Shown piece after piece: positions 14,135 to 24,900 of a DNA stretch of 64,000 bases. The notes below the pieces were generated by a model. It was given only the letters and a program-made list of their open reading frames with translations, was not told where the DNA came from and did no database searches. The position numbers and the translations under genes are program-made. The stretch lies in assembly GCA_951406725.2 (NCBI GenBank), contig OX597817.1, forward strand, positions 496,001 through 560,000, in the 5' to 3' direction. Each line of letters starts with the position of its first letter. Position 1 is the first letter of the stretch. This DNA comes from Octopus vulgaris (taxonomy: Eukaryota).

Positions 14135-14614
14135 GATGCTATTAAAGAATGTCCAAGTTCTTTAGCCCATACTGTATAACATATTCGAGCACTGTATACA
14201 ATAATTTCATTGTATATTATATTGCATAAAGATATATATGGCATATAGATATTCATACCCATACTTTAATTATATAACTATTATTAATTCATACGTATAT
14301 AAATTAATTATTACACTCGAGACTAATATACACAACTCACGCAAAAAACTATTTTTTACGGCTGGATAACTGCCACCAAATAGTGGCAAACCGGATTAAT
14401 AACCATTTAATTGACATAGCAGTTTTGTAAGTTATGGGGCAAGTAGGAAAAGAGAGAGAGAGAGAAGGGAAAGAAAAGTTGCAGAGGTGGTAGTGAAAAA
14501 AAAAAGCCCTGAATATGTATACGTGATATATGCCAAGAGCAACGGAGAAAAACACAGGAAGTTAAGAAAAAAATTGCAAAATTTAGAAAAGCAGAAACGG
14601 AGTGGAACTGCCCT

Positions 14615-14810
14615 GGCCGAGATACAGTGAAGCTTCGTTCCGATCGCTTTTATAACAACACAAGGCCGAGATATAGGGAAGCTTCGTTCCGATCGCTTTT
14701 ATAACAACACAAGGCCGAGATACAGGGAAGCTTCGTTCCGATCGCTTTTATAACAACACAAGGCCGAGATACAGGGAAGCTTCGTTCCGATCGCTTTTAT
14801 AACAACACAA
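14615..14810. repeat. 49-bp tandem repeat, 4 near-identical copies
   Basis: Unit GGCCGAGATACAGGGAAGCTTCGTTCCGATCGCTTTTATAACAACACAA starting at 14615, 14664, 14713 and 14762. No spacers. Confidence 0.97.
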
Positions 14811-15565
14811 GTACAGTAAATATAAATAAGTAAAATCGATTAAATCCATCCGGGAATTCATTAAAACACAAACAAATAAATGAATCCCTCTATCGATATT
14901 ATTAGTAGTGTTTTTTTGGTGATAGATGTCAAATAATGAAAACAAAATATGTTGTTTTGTCATGACAGTGAGTGTATGAATTATTCTTTGGTTTGCGGAA
15001 TCTATTTTAAATGTGAGAACTCTCAGCTGACAAGCTGTCTGGTTTACAGACTTTATATAAACGGATTAGTTTAGTGAGGGGAAGAAAAACTGAATGACCG
15101 GATTGCTTTTTAAATGTCTTTTCTCGCTGCTAATCAGTTGTGGCCTGAATACAGAATCTTGCATTCGGGAAGTCTAAGTCTAAAGGAGGGCGGCTACCGC
15201 CAAGTTAGCAACAACACTCACATATATAACACCATAGCCGCAAACAGTAACAACATCATTACCACAGACACACTGAATAGTCTACTCCTAGATACTCTAT
15301 GCCAATAGGTAAAATAAAATAATTTTTTTAAAGGACGAGATGGTAACAACTGAAACGCTTTCGACCATCGTAATTCTGCTCCATCTCCGGACTGGATTAG
15401 GAGGGCAACAGCCTCAGCAGAGGCCGACAGTATACAATAATGCAGAACACCCACAAAAACACGGAAAACTATCCACAACAACATTTACACACAAATAAAA
15501 TAAATAAATGATAACATTACGAACAACAAGAGTCAAAATCAGCCCCAGCGAAGTGATCTACTTAC

Positions 15566-15675
15566 TCTTTCTTCCATTCTTAACGTTAAATGGTGTGCGA
15601 GGCGAGAAGTAAGTAATGTGTGCACATCGTCAACATAGAGGTGAGTATAGGTGCGTGTGCAGACACGGTAACTTC
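15566..15675 (-). other. Candidate spliced leader exon (110 nt)
   Basis: Acceptor TTCCTTTATTTCTAACAG| and donor AAGA|GTAAGT; contains AGAATGG at 15577. Confidence 0.45.
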
Positions 15676-15967
15676 CTGTTAGAAATAAAGGAATGAATGG
15701 ATTGTTGTTTGGTGTGTCTGAGAGAGAGAGAAAGATGGTCAACACCTTCCACCAACGGAACAGGCTTACTTCTCTCCCTTACTTAATCTCTCTCTCTCTC
15801 TCTCTCACACACTTCCTCTAACTCTTCCTCAATACTCCTCCCTTTTACTATAGTCTTTCACAATTAATTCCAAGCACTCACTCTCCTTCAATTACCCAAG
15901 CCTCTTACTCCACCTCATCACACACAAATATAAACATATACAAAAGCAAGCAGGCATTCACACTTAC

Positions 15968-16121
15968 GCAAACAGATACACTTGGAAAATAGACAAACAA
16001 CAGCGACAGACGGGTCCAGGCGGATTAACACTTGATGTCGATGTTGGCAAGGGACGAAAGGACGAGTCCACACACACACAAGTCCAATGCATGAAGTTCT
16101 CCACCCTTGAGTCACTTAACT
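15968..16121 (-). other. Candidate first exon
   Basis: Inr-like TTAGTT at its 5' edge, CpG-rich, donor TGC|GTAAGT at 15968/15967. Confidence 0.4.
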
Positions 16122-16289
16122 AACTTTACAGATGAATAAAAATATATATACTTTTATTTATTGAGTGCTATCTACTCCTGTTTGTTCCTCCAGTAAGCTC
16201 TCTCGTTCTCTCTCTCTCTATATATATATATATACACACACACACATATATATACACACACACACATATATATATACACCCACACACAC

Positions 16290-16600
16290 ATGTGGCACGT
16301 AAAAGCACCATCAGAATCGTGGCCGATGCCAGTGCCGCTTCGACTGGCTTCCGTGCCGGTGGCACGTAAAATGCACCAATCCGATCGTGGCCGTTGCCAG
16401 CCTCACCTGGCACCTGTGCAGGTGGCACGTAAAAAGCACCCACTACACTCACGGAGTGGTTGGCGTTAGGAAGGGCATCCAGCCGTAGAAACACTGCCAG
16501 ATCAGACTGGGCCTGGTGCAGCCTTCTGGCTTCACAGACCCCAGTTGAACCGTCCAACCCCTGCTAGCATGGAAAGCGGACGCTAAATGATGATGATGAT
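16290..16600 (+). mobile_element. RTE-LINE 3'UTR-derived interspersed repeat with (GAT)n tail
   Basis: GGCACGTAAAAAGCACCCACTACACTC..GGTTGGCGTTAGGAAGGGCATCCAGC..CATGGAAAGCGGACG..(GAT)n. The same sequence follows RTE coding sequence at 61920-62172. Confidence 0.85.
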
Positions 16601-16610
16601 ACACATATAT

Positions 16611-16641
<31 letters not shown>

Positions 16642-17129
16642 CATATACATACATATATACACATATACATACATACATACACATATATATATACACATAT
16701 ATATATACACACACACATATACACACATATACATACATATACACACACACACACACACACAGAGGCAGATAATACAATAACTAAAACTGTGTCACATTTG
16801 ATAACAGTGAGACCTTTGTGATCACGTGTCTGCAGCAAACACACGCCTACACACACACATGCAGACTACAGCTCGTATTCAACTATTCCAATGAATAGCC
16901 TGATTGAACTAATTCAAATTGTCACGAGTTTTACATCTCCATGCAAGGAGGTCCCACTACAACATGGTATATTACCAGTTCATTGCCGAACTAAATGTTG
17001 TTTCCTTTCATCTATCTAAGTTCATAATTTGCCAAGCTCCAATTTGCATTTTATTCCAAAGGGCGTAACAGAAAAGGGATCACTTCTCACTTCTACCAAC
17101 CACATTTACTGTCCAAAATACAGTGGTGT

Positions 17130-18140
17130 ATTTAGTTACATACCTTTACATTCTGAGTTCAAATTCTGTTGATGTTAGTATTATCTTTCTGGTTATATAA
17201 GTATAAGTCAAGAACTGGAATCATTTACATCAATTACGCCATTCCCCTGATTGTGACTTTGTGTCTGTCTATGTCAGAACCTTAACTGGTGTTGTTTCAG
17301 CCATACTCTTCTCCTTTGGCAGAATCATTAGCACACCAGATGGCATTTCTTCCAGTTCTTAACATGCTGAGTTCAAATTCCATGGAGGTCAACTTTACTT
17401 TTCAATCCTTTCAGGGTCGACAAAGTAACTACCAGTTGAGCCCTGGGTTTTGATGTAATCAACTAACATTCCCCTGCCCCAAATTTGCTGACCTTGTGCC
17501 AAAATTAAAACGATTAATGGTGAGCTGACAGAATCATTAGCACACTGGACAAAATGCTTCTGCCTAGGTAACCCTCATCTTTCATCCTTTTGGGGTTGAT
17601 GAAGTAAGTACCAGTTGAACACTGGAGTTAATGTAATTGGCTAGTCCCCACCCAAAAAATTTCAAGACTTGTGCCCTTAATAGAAAGGAATGTTATTATC
17701 ATTTGTAGTTAAAAGACAGTGAGCTGGAAAAGTCGCCAGGCAAAAAGTGCTTAGCAGAATTTCATCCATCTTTACATTCTGAGTTCAAATGCCACTAGGA
17801 TTTATCCTTTCAGAGTCAATAAAAAAAGTACCAGTTGAGCACGGTAGGGGTGGGTGGGGGGTTGATGCAATTGACTTGCTCCTCCCCCAAAATTGTTGGC
17901 TTTGTGCCAAAATTTGAAACCATTATTTGTAGTAATTACATTATATTATTTAATTACAATGCTTTAAATGCTGAATTTAAATTTGACTTCAGATGTAGTT
18001 CCACTACTCTTGAGGTCAAATTCACTTTCAACCATCTTGGAGTCAATAAAATATATAAATATTCCAGTTAAATTCTGGAATCAATATAATTGTTTCCTTC
18101 AGTTCTTTATCACTTGAAAAACGTTGACCAAGTCTTAGAA
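17130..18140 (+). mobile_element. Head-to-tail cluster of about 5 tRNA-derived SINEs
   Basis: Recurrent GAGCTG.CAGAATCATTAGCAC, CTGAGTTCAAAT, CCTTTCAGGGTCGA and TACCAGTTGAGC modules. Confidence 0.8.
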
Positions 18141-18261
18141 ATCAACATGGGAAAACACATCCGGAATACATTAGAAATACGCAAGACTATCAACAGAAGC
18201 ACATACAATTGAACCTTACTATAGCTAAATACTGTATTAAACCACTACGCCATATGCCCGT

Positions 18262-18502
18262 GGGCATATGGCGTAGTGGTTAAGAGCACAGGTTACTAAT
18301 CCCATGATTCCGTGTTCGATTCCATGCAGTGACCTGAACAATAATAATAATAACATCGAAAAGTATCTTTGGAATGAGAACCCAGGTTCGAAATTTCCCC
18401 AAGGCACCTGAAGAAGGCTGGAGGGTATAATCAGCCAAAATGTTGTGTTAACAACAAAAAAGATGAAGACTAATATCCGTTGAATGTAAATGATGCACAT
18501 TG
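18262..18502 (+). mobile_element. SINE with tRNA-like head and Penelope-like tail carrying a decayed hammerhead motif
   Basis: A box TGGCGTAGTGG and B box GTTCGATTCC; tail CTGAAGA-A-GGCTG..CAGCC-(A)AAA-TGTT. Confidence 0.75.
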
Positions 18503-18969
18503 TCATGACTTGAAGAACTTGTTACTACCATTGTGAATGTGTGCCTAGAGAAGGCACATTACTCTTGCTTATGTCATTCTGTCCAGTTTGCAATATTCTC
18601 TGCCACTTCATGGTTTATCCAAACCTCAAAAAGATGACCATACTAACATCGATGAGTGAATGTTGCATGTATGTGCAGCAGCAGCAGCAGTCGTAGTTAG
18701 TCACAAGTCCATCTTGATTGAGCAGACCAAAGATTGAAAGGAATTACAACTGAGAGGATCCAATCTTTTTAGGAATATACTAAGGACAACAATATCCAAT
18801 GTACCCTTTCCTCATTTAAGATAGTAGGGAGAAGTCACAGTTGTTTAGCATCATCACCGGGCCCCTGGTGTCTTTAGCAGAATTCCTCTCTCTTGCAAAC
18901 ATTTGGATTAGATCTTTGGTCTGAAGATGGGTATGCTGATCCCCCCAACCCTTTTTTTTTTGGGGGGGG

Positions 18970-20917
18970 GGTTCCAAAGTTGTTGTTTTTTTTATTTGTG
19001 GCACACTTTACAACAAATCAATACATAAGTGCATTTTATGCAAGAGTCCACACAAAAAAAAATGTATCAAAAGATACTTTAGCCTATACAGAAAATTATT
19101 AAGTACTTATTTAAGGATGGTTGTTTTCATTTTATTTTTGCCAATAAAGACACATGCTATAGTGTGTGAATGTGTGTTTATTTGGTAAAGCAAGAAAAAA
19201 AATGACCATCCCAAAATATAACAATATCTGTTTCAACACATGATTTCACATCAGGAATCTTGCAAAACAAATCCCTAAATGTATTAAGTACTTATTCAAT
19301 AAATGATGCACAGTTATCAGCACTTTACATTTAGAATTTGCTTCTTTTTTTCTTCAAATTTTCTAAATACAGTTTTATTATTTTCAGAAACACCTAACAA
19401 CTCACACAGTAAAGCAATGTATGAGAAACACATCCACAAAAATGTCAGTGACAATATTCCAAATTCTGAGACTAGACCAACACAAAATCAAAGTGTAACA
19501 CTTAAAAGAAACTTATCCAAACAACTTTTAGGTATGTATCTGAACAGTACTTAATGTGGGAAGCAAACAAGAACAATGAAGAGGTTCTGGGATAGTAGAC
19601 AATTTAGTCACTGATTCAAGTCACTGTCTGTCTATCAGCTTGCATCTGGGCTTTTTAAACTCTAAACCAGTAATATATCAACTTCTACTTGGTCTGACAC
19701 TAATCACTAATCTATTCATTATCTATACAAACATTTCAAAACAAAGACGAATAGGATGCTGACACTGATGACAATGCTTATGATAATTTCGAGAAGTTAT
19801 TTTAGCCAACATAGAACAAAAGCAATATGGATTGTGGATGATTTTAAAAACATTCCTTTGACGAAAATAGAAAATTGAATAAAATACAACAGGACAAAAG
19901 AAAAAAAATATAAAGTAATGTTGAAACCAACAGAAAAAAAAAGCATAGGAAACAATAAAACAATCAATGGAAATCCAATCTTATTTGAAATCACACCAGT
20001 TCAGCTCATAGAGTGTTTAGAGGACATGACAAAGTTACTAAACAGAAGCTTAATGGATTCATTAAAGACAAATAGTGGAATGGAATGGTAAAGTGGGGTG
20101 GGAGAATGACATTAATGCAAATTTGCCTACAGCTGTAAGATAGAAAGATGAAAGAAAAAAAATCTAACAATAGTAATAAAATAATTTACATGACATTAGA
20201 CTGTAATAACAGCCTTGAGGAATTCATCATCACCATCTAGTCATCATCATTAATCACTTTACCAAGCTAGCAACACAGCTTCTACATAGCCATTCACTCA
20301 ACCTACTGACTATAACAACCAGTTTTCAACTAACTTCCGACAGTGCAAAACCTTTTCAAATAGGAGGGGGAAAAGCTCACTTTTTTAGGTCCTGAATCCT
20401 AAATTATGAGTCAAGCAACCAACAACAGTGAGAGGACAGCCATAGCTAAGAACTCCACTCGAATACTTTATTAAATTGGCTGAGTGTGATCAGCTTGTGC
20501 TTGGAAAGTTGACCAGGGTCAGAAGATTCAGTGGAATGAGAGTAAAAATCCCTTGCAGTATTAAGTTAAACCCCATCATCATCATTTCCACTCTGGTCAA
20601 GTTTGTACTTATTTAAAAATACTACTTCCCCTAGATGGATCAGAGATCATACACTTGTATTTTCAATTTGTAGCATGTTTTCTATAGTTGAATGCCTTAC
20701 TTATTATCACCAACCACTATAGAGAGTGTAGTGAGTGCATTCTATCATAGCACTGGCAAGAGAGAGGTTGTCATGTCTTCAGCATTCTCTTCTACACTGT
20801 TTTGTCTCCATTCATTTACCAACCACTTTGCAGGAGAGTGCTGGGAGCATTTATTGTGGCTCCAGCACTGGACAGGTTGCCTTGTCTGTGCTACATCATC
20901 TCCAATCATTATCTCAT
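18970..20917 (-). other. Candidate 3'UTR of the predicted micropeptide gene
   Basis: About 1.9 kb with almost no recognisable SINE or microsatellite, in a repeat-saturated region. Minus-strand AATAAA at 18996-18991, and another at 19136-19131. Confidence 0.55.
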
Positions 20918-20943
20918 TCAATCACCAGAATGTCGTCTCATTC
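20918..20943 (-). CDS. Predicted micropeptide, coding exon 3 ((G)MRRHSGD*)
   Basis: Acceptor CTCTCTCGTCCATCTGTCAG| at 20944; phase matches the 35-nt exon; TGA at 20920-20918. Confidence 0.55.
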
Positions 20944-21917
20944 CTGACAGATGGACGAGAGAGTAATGAAAGAGAACAGGAACATTCTGAGTTTCAAATC
21001 CTGCTTAGATCATATTTACCTTTCATCTGTCATGGGTCAGTAAAATAAGTACCAGATACATACTGGAATCAATGTAATTGATTATACCAACCCACAAAAT
21101 TTCTGACCTTGTGTAAGAAATTATCATCTTCTTTGTTGGTTCATATTTAAGAAAGGTGCGCGAGTGTTTTGTATGGACCCAATTTAAAAACTGGGTACAT
21201 ACAAAATACTCACACACACACACACACACATATTTATATTACATTAATACTAATTAAATTTTATAATCACACACTTAAAAATAAGATATATACACAGTAA
21301 ACAACATACAAAGATATGTACACACACACATATATATATAAAGATATACACACACAAAGATATGTATGCATATTCACAACAATATGTACACACAGATAAA
21401 CATACACACATATACACAAAGACATATACCATCAAGAGTATATTTTTGGCCACAAGAAATCCTTTTTAAAAAGCAGTAATACCTCCCAGGGGTATACTTA
21501 TAGATGGCAAGGGAATTATACAAAGAAGCAGTAAAGAAAACATTCTTCACATTCTTCTGGAATCATCCACCCACAATGTCCACACACACACACACACATG
21601 CCCAGTATGTAGACTAGATGGTTTTAAAATTCAATTAAAATACTGAAGAAAGGAGTGTATACAGTTACAGCCATATTGAATCACAGACACATATGCAAGC
21701 ATAATCACAGATACACTTTATACACAGCCAGTTACAGTTATTGTCACACACACAATAACAGATATGTAAACACACACATAGACTGTGACAGTTACACATA
21801 AAGGAACCTAGGCAGCCATCCAGTCAGACAAATACACACACACAGTCAGACAGTCACCCACACACAGTCAATCATGCATACACATACAGTGCAAAATACA
21901 TACACAAACACACACAC

Positions 21918-21956
<39 letters not shown>

Positions 21957-21985
21957 CTCTGATGAGAAACTTATTTCCTGTTTAC

Positions 21986-22020
21986 CTAAAAATGTTGTCA
22001 AACGCAAAATGTCTGTGGTA
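21986..22020 (-). CDS. Predicted micropeptide, coding exon 2 (35 nt; (S)TTDILRLTTFL)
   Basis: Very strong acceptor CCCTATTCTTTTCTCTCATCTAG| and donor TAG|GTAAAC; open from phase 2 to phase 1. Confidence 0.55.
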
Positions 22021-22419
22021 CTAGATGAGAGAAAAGAATAGGGAGTTTATGGGTTCGGTTATCCACACCCACCCTCAGTTGTTTTTTATGAAGAGAAAGT
22101 GAGTGGGGGGGGGACATTGTGGTAGAGAGGGATAATAAAGGGAGGAGCCTACTGGTCTGGAGGAGAAGGGGAGGGAACAGAGTCAGGGAAACTATTTGAA
22201 TAGAATATGTTTGAGTTCCATAAGTTAATTTGTTGTGAGAAGTGCAAGAAGCTAACATTTCAAGCACTAACTCTCCGTGATGTGGAGGGTGGCATACAGT
22301 TACATTTCATTCAATTTCTCATTCTTGCCATCTTGTGACCAGAGTGACAACATTTCTGTATATTCTCCTTCATATGGAGGGTATAACTAAGCAACTTAAA
22401 CTCTATTTATAACTCTCCT

Positions 22420-22735
22420 ATGGCTGAGTGGTTAGAGCATTGGGATCACAATCATGAGGTAGTGAGCTTGATGTTGTGTTCTTGAGCAAGACACTTTATT
22501 TCGCATTGCTCCAGTCCACTCAGCTGTAGAAATGAGTTGTGATGTCACTAGTGCCAAGCTGTATCAGCTTTTGCCTTTCTCTTGGATAACATCGATGGCA
22601 TAGAGAGGGGAGGCTGATATACATGGGCGACTGTTAGACTTACATAAAACCTTATTCAGCCTTGTACCTTGGAGGGGAACTTTGTAGGTGCAATCCCATA
22701 GGCATTCATGATCAAAGGGGGTCTTTGCTCTTTTA
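22420..22735 (+). mobile_element. tRNA-derived SINE (second family)
   Basis: TGGCTGAGTGGTTAGAGCA head, then GTGTTCTTGAGCAAGACACTT..GCTCCAGTCCACTCAGCTG. Related copy at 28155-28400. Confidence 0.75.
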
Positions 22736-23077
22736 CAATGAAATAATTTTTGCCAACACAGACCACAGCTCTCTTGGATTCAAGATTATATCATATTTTG
22801 ACATACAACAGTATTAATCACAATGATGATGGTTTATATATATCCTTTTATCTTTTAATTGCTTCAGTCATTAAACTGCAGCCATGCTGGGGTACTACCT
22901 TGTTTTAAAGCCTGGTACTTATTCTATCAGTCACTTTTGTCGAACTATTAAGTTACAGGGATGTAAACACACCAACACTGGTTGTCAAATGGCTGGGAGT
23001 GGAGACAAACACAGATACAAAAACATGTACATACGACAAGCTTCTTTCAGTTTCTGTCTACCAAATTCACTCACATA

Positions 23078-23650
23078 TCACTGTAACTCTTTTGCAACAA
23101 GTACAGATTTTCTCTCTGGACAAGATTTCGGACAATCATTGTCTAATAACGTTTGAACATTCCAACATCCTATATTCATAGGCTTGCATCTTAACTTGAA
23201 TTTACTCACAGTTGCAGGATGACGAACGGATCCAGGCTGTGGTGCCCTCGGACAGACGACAGAACAAAATGTTCCCAAGCCCTTTTTGCCATTTACTTCA
23301 TTATCAATATGAACTTTCATTGTTTGGATGTGCCTTTTTAAGCTTCGGCCAGCCATGTACATACAAGATGTCCATTTCTTTTCCCCCTCCAGCAAAACTG
23401 TGCTTCACGCTTTTTAAAGTGAGGAAAAGTTTTATACAGCAACCATTCCCACTCTCTAAACTACAAAGCATGATCCAAAAAAAAGACCAAGTTGACATCA
23501 TTGGGTGCTTTTGCAGTCACAGGTTTTATATCCGAGTGTCTTTCTCCCAGTCTTTGCCCAACTAAAGGCTAACTTCAAGACAGCAGTGAAGTAGTTAAAT
23601 TCAGAGTTACTTTCTCCAAGATAGATTGCCTTCGCCATGGCTTGGGTAAA
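23078..23650 (-). mobile_element. RTE-clade LINE 5' fragment (start of the AP endonuclease)
   Basis: MNIGCWNVQTLLDNDCPKSCPERKSVLVAKEL matches the RTE/BovB-type endonuclease start (WNVRTLLD...PERRTALVA.EL). Confidence 0.75.
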
Positions 23651-23952
23651 GAGGGGAATTCTATCCACCCCTCATCAATTCATATAAAAAAAAGTTAAAA
23701 ACAATTAATATAAGAGAAATAGATACAAATTAAAATTGGGATAAAAACTGAGTAAATTTAAAAATAAGATTGACATATAATATATACAATTTATAAACAC
23801 AATATATAATATTTACATATACATGCTGAAATACAGTATTTAACATACACACACAAACAGAGCTTAAAATGCAATATATACAATACACACACACAAACAC
23901 GCGTAGTTGAGTGTTCAACAAGCACCCATATATATATATATATATATATATA

Positions 23953-24325
23953 TCATCATCATCATCATCATTTAGCATCCGCTTTCCATGCTAGCATGGG
24001 TTGGACGGTTCAACTGGGATCTGTGGAGCCAGAAGGCTGCATCAGGCCCAGTCTGATCTGGCAGTGTTTCTACGGCTGGATGCCCTTCCTAACGCCAACC
24101 ACTCCGTGAGTGTAGTGGGTGCTTTTTACGTGCCACCGGCACGGGGGCCAGGCGAGGCTGGCAACAGCCACGAACGGATGGTGCTACGTTCCACCGGCAC
24201 GGGGGCCAGGCGATGCTGGCAACGGACACGAACGGATGGTGCTTTTACGTGCCACCGGCACGGAGGCCAGTCAGGGCGGCGCTGGCAACGGCCACGATCG
24301 GATGGTTCGCTTAACCACAGCTGCA
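23953..24325 (-). mobile_element. RTE 3'UTR-derived repeat
   Basis: Reverse complement of the 16290-16600 family, with (CAT)n at the left end. Confidence 0.85.
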
Positions 24326-24343
24326 ATTTCCATTGATGTTGAT

Positions 24344-24389
<46 letters not shown>

Positions 24390-24392
<3 letters not shown>

Positions 24393-24900
24393 CACAAATA
24401 AACAAAAGACGAAGACAGGTGGTGTAGATATCATTAACATTCACACTTCGTTCTTTCGTTCCCCCTCTCTCAAATTTCCTGGCTTTCTCTTCATTCTCAC
24501 CTTCCCCTCATCTTTCACTTCACTCTCTCTCTCTTTTTTTTCTTGTCCCTGCCTAATTCTTCTGTCCCTCTGCCTCTACCTCTCTTTTCTCTCCCCATGT
24601 GACCAGTGTTTAGCCAAGCCTGACCTTTCTTTCTTGCTTCAACATTTATATTCTTCCTCATGCCTGTCATCTCTTATGTCCCTGCGGTAAGGCCTTTAAT
24701 TCATCTTTAGTCGAAAGGCACCTGTTGTTATGTCCTGTTATTTGCATATATATTTGTGTACCATTTCTCTGTATTGGAGTAATCTCCGATGAAGGGATAT
24801 AATTAATAAATATCCTGGAGACAGCTGTAAGACCTTCTATCTATAAATGTTCGAATATCTACACAGCCTTGGTTTTTTATCTCATTACACAAAAAATTCT
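24390..24900. mobile_element. Penelope-like element fragments, including a hammerhead relic
   Basis: ACAGGTGGTGTAGA resembles the reverse complement of the window end. CCGATGA-A-GGGATAT..ATATCCT-G-GAGA-CAGCTG-TA at 24786-24829. Confidence 0.55.

Larger units (their letters stand above)
13380..16130 (-). promoter_or_regulatory. CpG-retaining promoter region, probably of PI4KB
   Basis: CpG is visibly more frequent than in the flanking introns. Inr-like TCAGTT at 14136-14131 and TTAGTT at 16123-16118 on the minus strand, DRE-like TATCGATA at 14891-14898, and several consensus donors. Confidence 0.55.

Noticed and set aside
14615-14810. CRISPR array (also considered for the 62-bp arrays at 29950 and 38130)
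   Set aside because: Contiguous repeats with no unique spacers, no cas genes, and a eukaryotic context.
16449-16856. ORFs rich in C/V/Y/I/H/T here and at 24.8, 25.6, 42.2 and 49.3 kb
   Set aside because: Translations of (CA)n, (TA)n and (GACA)n simple repeats.
18262-18335. tRNA gene (also the heads at 22420 and 43709)
   Set aside because: No complete cloverleaf or acceptor stem, and each continues into a SINE body.
20837-20924. Selenocysteine UGA with SECIS element
   Set aside because: The nearby hairpin lacks the AUGA/GA quartet, and I saw no convincing SECIS by eye; a SECIS search of 18970-20920 would settle it.
20692-21048. 118-aa plus-strand ORF
   Set aside because: It is the antisense shadow of the minus-strand exon, runs into a SINE and has no supporting gene structure.
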